Source: an uncultured Clostridia bacterium (GTDB lineage: Bacteria > Bacillota > Clostridia > TANB77 > CAG-508). From it: DNA of 25,247 nucleotides. The DNA lies in contig CALXJL010000005.1 of assembly GCA_944388615.1 (NCBI GenBank), positions 1 through 25,247 on the forward strand, written 5' to 3'. The first letter of the stretch is position 1. Every line of letters begins with the position of its first letter. Below are positions 17,402-25,247 of this stretch, piece after piece. Made by a program: the position numbers and the translations under genes. A model generated the notes under the pieces. The model had not been told where the DNA came from. It saw only the letters and a program-made list of their open reading frames with translations, and made no database searches.

Positions 17402-18325
17402 ATGGGAAATATTTTAGTAGTAGGAAGTCTAAATATGGACTTTGTAGTAGAAGTGAATAAAATGCCACAACCAGGAGAAACTGTACTAGGTAAGAAATTT
17501 ACTTTAATTCCAGGGGGAAAAGGAGCAAATCAAGCATATGCAATGGGGAAACTTGGAGCAAATGTAAATATGATAGGTGCAGTTGGAGAAGATGATTACG
17601 GTATTAAATTGCTTAAAAACTTAGAAGAGGTAAAAATAGGAACTACAGGAATAAAAAAATTGAAAGGTGAAAATACGGGATGTGCATTCATAAACGTGGA
17701 TGAAACAGGAGAAAATAGTATTGTAGTAATTGGTGGGGCAAATCAAAAAATAACAGAGGAAATCATAGATAATAATATAGAATTAATAGATAAAGCTACA
17801 ATAGTAGTATTACAACTTGAAATACCAATAAATATTGTTACATATGTTGCTAAAATTGCAAAAGAAAAAGGAAAATATGTTATATTAGATCCCGCACCAG
17901 CAAGGAATGATTTACCAGATGAATTATTAAAAAATGTTGATATAATAAAACCTAATGAGACTGAAATACAGATTCTAACTGGAAATACAGTAAACACAGA
18001 TGAGGAATTATATATTGCAGCAAAGAAGTTATTAGAAAAAGGAATAAAAAATGTAATAATAACTTTAGGTGGAAGTGGATCAATGTTAGTAACAAAAAAT
18101 GGATATAAAAAGTTTGCAGCATTAGATGTGAAAGTAGTGGATACTACAGCAGCAGGAGACAGTTTTACTGGAGCTTTGACTAAAGCATTAATAGATAAAA
18201 AAGAAATAGAACAAGCTATAGAATTCGCACATATTGTATCATCAATAGTGTGTACTAAAAAAGGAGCTCAAACTTCTATACCCAATATGGAAGAAGTGGA
18301 AGATTTTATGAAAAAAAATAGTTAA
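17402..18325 (+). CDS. rbsK: ribokinase
   Basis: ..VVGSLNMDF.., ..GGKGANQA.., ..VDTTAAGDSFTGAL... This is the PfkB-family ribokinase pattern. 307 aa. Confidence 0.9.
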   Translation: MGNILVVGSLNMDFVVEVNKMPQPGETVLGKKFTLIPGGKGANQAYAMGKLGANVNMIGAVGEDDYGIKLLKNLEEVKIGTTGIKKLKGENTGCAFINVDETGENSIVVIGGANQKITEEIIDNNIELIDKATIVVLQLEIPINIVTYVAKIAKEKGKYVILDPAPARNDLPDELLKNVDIIKPNETEIQILTGNTVNTDEELYIAAKKLLEKGIKNVIITLGGSGSMLVTKNGYKKFAALDVKVVDTTAAGDSFTGALTKALIDKKEIEQAIEFAHIVSSIVCTKKGAQTSIPNMEEVEDFMKKNS

Positions 18326-18341
18326 TGAAAGGATGAAAGTA

Positions 18342-20632
<2,291 letters not shown>

Positions 20633-20704
20633 AGAAATTTATTGAAAAAATTGTATATATATGATACTATTTATCACATAATCAAATTAATAGGAGAAAA
20701 TATA

Positions 20705-21346
20705 ATGAGAAATATATTGGGGATAATAGTATCATATATAGCAATTGGAATTGTTATAATATCAGCAAAATTTTTTGAAAAATCGGGAGAAGAAACATCT
20801 AGAAAATATATACATATTATGTTATCAAATTGGTGGTTTATTGCAATGTATTTTTTTGAAAATACTTTATATGCAGCAATTGTACCAGCCAGTTTTGTAA
20901 TTATTAATTATATTTCATATAAAAATAATCTAATAAAAGTTATGGAAAGAGAAAAAGCAGATGGTTTAGGAACTGTATATTATGCAGTATCTTTATTTAT
21001 AATATCAATAATAACATTTGCCATATTAAAAAGACCTGAAATAGGACTTGCAAGTATACTAATAATGGGATATGGAGATGGACTTGCAGCTGTTATTGGA
21101 AAAAGTGTAAAAAGTTATGAATATTCAATTAGAGGAAGTAAAAAATCAGTGGCTGGATCTATTACAATGCTAGTTGTAACAGCAATAATTGTGGGGATCT
21201 TCTTATTAAGTACAGGCGTATCTTATGGAATTTTGAAAACAATTGTTATAAGTGTAATATTAACAATTGTAGAAGCGGTTTCAATAAAAGGATTTGATAA
21301 TTTAACTGTACCATTATTAGCATGTTTATTATTAGCAATTGTTTAG
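20705..21346 (+). CDS. polyprenol/phytol/dolichol-kinase-family (CTP-dependent, CDS-like) integral membrane protein
   Basis: Multi-TM protein with ..MGYGDGLAAVIGK.. and ..KSVAGSITM.. motifs typical of this family. ATG 20705 (RBS aggaga) is preferred over the TTG at 20642. Confidence 0.65.
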   Translation: MRNILGIIVSYIAIGIVIISAKFFEKSGEETSRKYIHIMLSNWWFIAMYFFENTLYAAIVPASFVIINYISYKNNLIKVMEREKADGLGTVYYAVSLFIISIITFAILKRPEIGLASILIMGYGDGLAAVIGKSVKSYEYSIRGSKKSVAGSITMLVVTAIIVGIFLLSTGVSYGILKTIVISVILTIVEAVSIKGFDNLTVPLLACLLLAIV

Positions 21347-21367
21347 AACTGGAAGGGATTATAATTA

Positions 21368-22174
21368 ATGGATAAACAACAAATTTTGAAAAAATTAAAT
21401 AATGATGGAGATAAAATATTAGTAGCCAGAATGTTTGATTTAATAAATAAATCTACTATGATTAATACTGTAGAAACCACTGATTTTTTGGATATGAGAA
21501 ATCAATTATTATTAGAAAAAATCTTAAAACAAATAAAATTTAAATATTATGTTTTTTGTGGTGGAATAGAAGAAGCGGAAAGAAAATTATTAATATTTTA
21601 TCCAGAAAAATTAGAAGATATTTTTCAGAATAAATATTATAATTTCAATAATATAATGGATGTTATAAAAATTAAATTAAATAAGGAAGAAATTGGAAAA
21701 TACTCACATCGTACATATTTGGGAGCATTAATGAAATTAGGAATAAAAAGAGATAAAATTGGAGATATTATTGTTGATCAATATGGTGCTGATATAATTT
21801 GTAAAGATATTTGTAAATTTTTACAAAATAATTTATGTACATTAAAAAGATTTTCAAAAAGCGAAATACGAAAAATTGATTTAGCAGAAATACGAAAATT
21901 ACAAAATCATACAGAAAAAATAAGTATCATATTGCCAAGTATGCGTTTAGATAGTATAGTATCAGAATTAGCTCATACATCTAGGATAAAATCTATTGAA
22001 ATATTAAAACAAGAAAGAGTTTTAGTTAATTTTCAAATAGAAACTAAAAGTTCAAAAAATATAAATGAAGGTGATATTATAACTATAAGAGGAAAGGGAA
22101 GATTTAAAATAATAAAAAAATTAAATTATACTAAAAAAGGAAATTTACTAGTAGAAGTGGAAAAATTTATTTAA
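21368..22174 (+). CDS. ylmH: YlmH-like RNA-binding protein (S4 domain)
   Basis: 268 aa. The C-terminal S4-type segment ..MRLDSIVSELAHTSRIKSIEILKQERVLVNFQ.. and the overall layout match YlmH-family proteins. Confidence 0.65.
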   Translation: MDKQQILKKLNNDGDKILVARMFDLINKSTMINTVETTDFLDMRNQLLLEKILKQIKFKYYVFCGGIEEAERKLLIFYPEKLEDIFQNKYYNFNNIMDVIKIKLNKEEIGKYSHRTYLGALMKLGIKRDKIGDIIVDQYGADIICKDICKFLQNNLCTLKRFSKSEIRKIDLAEIRKLQNHTEKISIILPSMRLDSIVSELAHTSRIKSIEILKQERVLVNFQIETKSSKNINEGDIITIRGKGRFKIIKKLNYTKKGNLLVEVEKFI

Positions 22175-22200
22175 TATAGGAAATAAATTTCCTATATTTG
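22174..22200 (+). terminator. short hairpin terminator
   Basis: atataggaaat..atttcctatat inverted repeat immediately after the stop, followed by tt. Confidence 0.4.
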
Positions 22201-22260
22201 CATATTATATACAAAATAAAATAGGATAAATGTTTGTCCTAATAGAAAGGAAGGAATAAT

Positions 22261-22749
22261 ATGCAATATAGGAGTTATGAAGATTATATGAGAGATTTTT
22301 TGGGGTATAAACATCAAGATGGTGATATTAATGAAATACCAGATAATACATATAATCAGATATTAGATAGGTCAGAAAGTAATGGGCAATTAGAAAAAGT
22401 GGAAAATGAAACAAGAGCAGAAAATAGGGACTTATATAATGAGGTTTATAGTAGAGTAGCACCACTTATAAGTGATGTAACTGAAAGGACTATAGAAAAT
22501 GTAACGGATTACATAATTTATGAAGTTAGAAAAAAATTGAATACAGAAAATAGAAATTCTAATATTGAAGAAATACAAGAAAATAGAGAGTTTAAAGAAG
22601 AAAATATAAACGATAAAAATATAAATGATCCGATTATATCTAAAAGAGATATAAGAAATATCGAACAAGATGTCAGAAAAAGTAATAATTGTAATAATAA
22701 ACCTCAAAACCTAAACAACAATTATATGAATAGATATAGAAAGTTTTAA
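22261..22749 (+). CDS. hypothetical Asn/Glu/Arg-rich low-complexity protein
   Basis: RBS aaggaagg upstream. 162 aa with no TM segment and no recognised motifs. Confidence 0.4.
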   Translation: MQYRSYEDYMRDFLGYKHQDGDINEIPDNTYNQILDRSESNGQLEKVENETRAENRDLYNEVYSRVAPLISDVTERTIENVTDYIIYEVRKKLNTENRNSNIEEIQENREFKEENINDKNINDPIISKRDIRNIEQDVRKSNNCNNKPQNLNNNYMNRYRKF

Positions 22750-22860
22750 TGAAAATACCAATTTATTAACAGCATAATTAACTAAAAAATAGAGAAAATA
22801 AAAAAGAGCTAAAAGCTTAGTATAGAATTATGCTAGTTAAATTGAAAGGTGGTATTTTTT

Positions 22861-23298
22861 ATGAAAGCAAAAGATTGTATGTGTAATAATGTTATATGTT
22901 GTACTCCAGACAGTACAGTATATGATTGTGCAAAAATAATGTCTGAAAATCATATAGGTTGTGTACCTGTATGTGATTCTAATAATAATATTGTTGGTTT
23001 AGTAACAGATAGAGATATTGTTTTAAGAAGTGTATCTTGCAATAAAGATTCAAATACAACACCAATTAGTGATGTAATGTCAACTAAAGTTTGGGCTTGT
23101 AATCCAGATAGTGATATAAAAGAGGTTGAAAAAACTATGTCTGAAAATCAAGTAAGAAGATTACCAGTCATAGAGAATAATAAAGTGGTAGGAATGTTAA
23201 CACTAGGAGATCTAGCTAAAAATCCAAATGTAAATGATCAATGTGTATGTAATACAATTGAAAATATATGCGGATGCGATGAAAAGAATGCGGAATAA
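22861..23298 (+). CDS. CBS-domain pair protein, unusually Cys-rich
   Basis: Two CBS motifs (..HIGCVPVCDSNNNIVGLVTDRDIV.. and ..VRRLPVIENNKVVGMLTLGDLA..). ATG 22861 with RBS aaaggtgg is preferred over GTG 22849. About 13 Cys, including CMCNNVICC and CVCNTIENICGCD. Confidence 0.8.
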   Translation: MKAKDCMCNNVICCTPDSTVYDCAKIMSENHIGCVPVCDSNNNIVGLVTDRDIVLRSVSCNKDSNTTPISDVMSTKVWACNPDSDIKEVEKTMSENQVRRLPVIENNKVVGMLTLGDLAKNPNVNDQCVCNTIENICGCDEKNAE

Positions 23299-23315
23299 AA
23301 GAATAATATTTTATA

Positions 23316-23354
23316 AAAACTCGTATAATATATAAAGATTATACGAGTTTTTTA
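23316..23354 (+). terminator. Rho-independent terminator after the CBS gene
   Basis: 15-bp perfect stem aaaaactcgtataat / attatacgagttttt, loop tataaaga, T-run. Confidence 0.7.
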
Positions 23355-23369
23355 TAGAAAGGTGTACAT

Positions 23370-24461
23370 ATGATATTAGATTTAAATTACTTTGGAAAAA
23401 TTATAAAAAATATTTTAATATTAGGTTTATATATTTTAGGGATTTATTTTTGTGTAAAAATTGCACTATTTTATAGTCCTTTTTTAATAGCATTTATAAT
23501 AGCTTTAATGATAGAACCATTAATAAGAAAAATAATGAAAAAATGTAAATTAACAAGAAAAATAAGTTCTATAATAGTTTTTATTTTAGCAATATCAATA
23601 ATAATAGCAGTATTAGTATGGGGAATTAGTACATTAATATCTGAAACATCTAATGTATTAAATGGGCTAAATTCATCTTTTGAAAATGGATACAAACAAA
23701 TACAAAATATATTATCAAAAATAGATCTAAGTAGAATAAATTTATCAGAAGATATGCAAAAAAGCATAAATGATTCATTAGCTGAATGGTCACAAAAAAT
23801 ATTTACACTAGTACAAACAGGATTAAATAAAGTAATAGAAATTATTACATCAATTCCGACAATGGCAATATATGTAGTAATTACACTATTAGCATTGTAT
23901 TTTATTTCAACAGATAAAATATATATGTTAGATCAATTAGAGCATCATTTACCCCAAAAATGGGTAAAAAAAATAGGAATTCATATAAGAGAAATATCTA
24001 AATCTTTGGGTTGTTATATAAAAGCAGAAGGTATATTAGTATTAATATCATTTTTTATTTCTTTAGTAGGATTATATATTTTTAAATTTGTTAAATTAGA
24101 AGTAGAATATCCATTATTAATTGCATTGGGGATAGCTTTTGTAGATGCCCTGCCAATATTTGGATCAGGTACTGTAATGATACCTTGGGCAATAATAGAG
24201 GCATGTAATGGTAAACTAAATTTAGCTATAGGAATATTTGTTTTGTGGTTAATTATGTCCATTGTAAGACAAGTAATAGAACCTAAAATTGTAAGTAGGC
24301 AAATAGGAATACATCCTATATTTACACTTATTGCTATGTATACAGGATTTAGATTTATAGGTGTTATTGGATTGTTAGTAGGACCAATTCTATTAATAAT
24401 TTTGAAAAGCATTTTTTCTACATTAATAGAAAAAGGTATTTTTAAATCTATTGTAGAGTAA
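23370..24461 (+). CDS. AI-2E family transporter / YtvI-like sporulation integral membrane protein
   Basis: 363 aa and about 8 TM helices. The conserved C-terminal region ..FVDALPIFGSGTVMIPWA.. and ..GIHPIFTLIAMYTGFRFIGVIGLLVGP.. is typical of PerM/YtvI (UPF0118). Confidence 0.8.
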   Translation: MILDLNYFGKIIKNILILGLYILGIYFCVKIALFYSPFLIAFIIALMIEPLIRKIMKKCKLTRKISSIIVFILAISIIIAVLVWGISTLISETSNVLNGLNSSFENGYKQIQNILSKIDLSRINLSEDMQKSINDSLAEWSQKIFTLVQTGLNKVIEIITSIPTMAIYVVITLLALYFISTDKIYMLDQLEHHLPQKWVKKIGIHIREISKSLGCYIKAEGILVLISFFISLVGLYIFKFVKLEVEYPLLIALGIAFVDALPIFGSGTVMIPWAIIEACNGKLNLAIGIFVLWLIMSIVRQVIEPKIVSRQIGIHPIFTLIAMYTGFRFIGVIGLLVGPILLIILKSIFSTLIEKGIFKSIVE

Positions 24462-24601
24462 AATTAAAAAAATGCTTGAAATATGAAAATGAAGTTTATA
24501 TGACACCAGCTTTTATAAGTGATATAGAAGCAAAAGAAGAGTATAGAACATCTATAACAATACCTAAAGATTTAACTGATGCATATGATATGATTATAAC
24601 T

Positions 24602-24648
24602 AAAAATGAAACATGATTTAGAATTTTTCTAAGTCATGTTTCATTTTT
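24602..24648. terminator. bidirectional terminator between convergent genes
   Basis: 21-bp stem (24602-24622 / 24628-24648, one G-U) with A-run and T-run flanks. Confidence 0.7.
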
Positions 24649-24697
24649 GTTATATTGAATAAACATATAATTTATAGAAAAATATTCTATGTAATTT

Positions 24698-25247
24698 CTA
24701 AAACATATTAGCAGTAGGAATATATGTATCACTTGGGGGATATACATATTCATCAGAAGGTTTATCTATTTTATTAATTGAAGTTACTTCAACAATAGGC
24801 ATTGTTCCGTGATATTCACCTTTGGTAATGGTTCCTTCAATTTCAATCCAATCATTTTCGGCAAAATTAGAAGTTTCTGTTGAAGAACATAAAAATCCAA
24901 CTACAACTGTTTGAAAGTCAGAACTTATAATCATATCTCTAGCAAGAACAAATTGATTTTCTGAAAAATCGAAAACTTTATATAAATATCCAGAAAATTT
25001 AATTTTTGTACCAATATAATTATCTAAATCATCATGTACACTTTTTAAAGCATTAGTATAATTACCGAGTATTTAAAATTTGTATATCCTCATTTGGCAT
25101 ACAAGATTCATCATTAATGCTACTAGTAGAGGTGCTAAATACCCTATAGATAGTTACACAGGCTAATGATATAACTATTATTGCTAATATTATGATCAAA
25201 AGTTTTATTAATATATTTGAATTTAATTTTACATTATAAATAAACAT
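24698..25247 (-). pseudogene. DUF1980 / TIGR03943 (YcgQ-like) family membrane-anchored protein, apparently frameshifted; N terminus at or beyond the window edge
   Basis: ORF 25062..25247 encodes an N-terminal TM anchor and linker ending ..EDIQILNTR*. A second frame is open from 25072 to 24698 and reads ILGNYTNALKSVHDDLDNYIGTKIKFSGYLYKVFDFSENQFVLARDMIISSDF..WIEIEGTI..IVEVTSINKIDKPSDEYVYP. This matches my recollection of the DUF1980 C-terminal domain. There is no in-frame canonical start before 24934. Deleting one nt near 25065-25067 joins the two frames. Confidence 0.6.

Noticed and set aside
24500-24616. 38-codon ORF (MTPAFISDIEAKEEYRTSITIPKDLTDAYDMIITKNET) in the gap after the ytvI-like gene.
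   Set aside because: It has no convincing RBS and ends inside the terminator stem, with no recognisable family. It could be a gene remnant, but the support is not sufficient to call it.

Overview
This is a low-GC (about 28-30% by eye) Firmicutes/Clostridia-like chromosomal segment, mostly housekeeping genes with short intergenic gaps. It starts in a glycolytic operon (pgk 3' part, tpiA, gpmI) that carries non-glycolytic passengers. A Nudix hydrolase and a guanylate-kinase-like gene sit between pgk and tpiA. An EsaG/YezG(DUF600)-like gene with a long Lys-rich tail, a NifU/IscU-like gene and a 'GGGtGRT' family gene follow gpmI. Next come cysE, an RNA m5C methyltransferase, two convergent P-type ATPases (the SERCA/YloB-like one is frameshifted), a frameshifted ytaF/mntP-like gene and a YgjP-type metallopeptidase. 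After those come a solitary tRNA-Gln(CUG), an orphan ORF, rbsK plus a nucleoside hydrolase, eno, a polyprenol/phytol-kinase-family membrane protein and ylmH. The window ends with a low-complexity ORF, a Cys-rich CBS protein, a ytvI/AI-2E-family permease and a frameshifted DUF1980-like gene. I saw no CRISPR array, transposase, integrase or recognisable defence gene. The most unusual signal is non-coding: a 455-nt nested imperfect palindrome (7780-8234) fills the cysE / methyltransferase gap and folds into one long rod-like hairpin of about 155-160 bp. Its only in-helix mismatches are G-U wobbles on the + strand. I do not recognise it as a known RNA family or repeat, and I cannot tell from one sequence whether it is a structured RNA, a foldback MITE or an invertible segment. 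Secondary points are the uncharacterised NifU-like/GGGtGRT pair next to cysE, the orphan immunity-like gene in the glycolytic operon, and three frameshifted membrane-protein genes, two of them at A5 runs.
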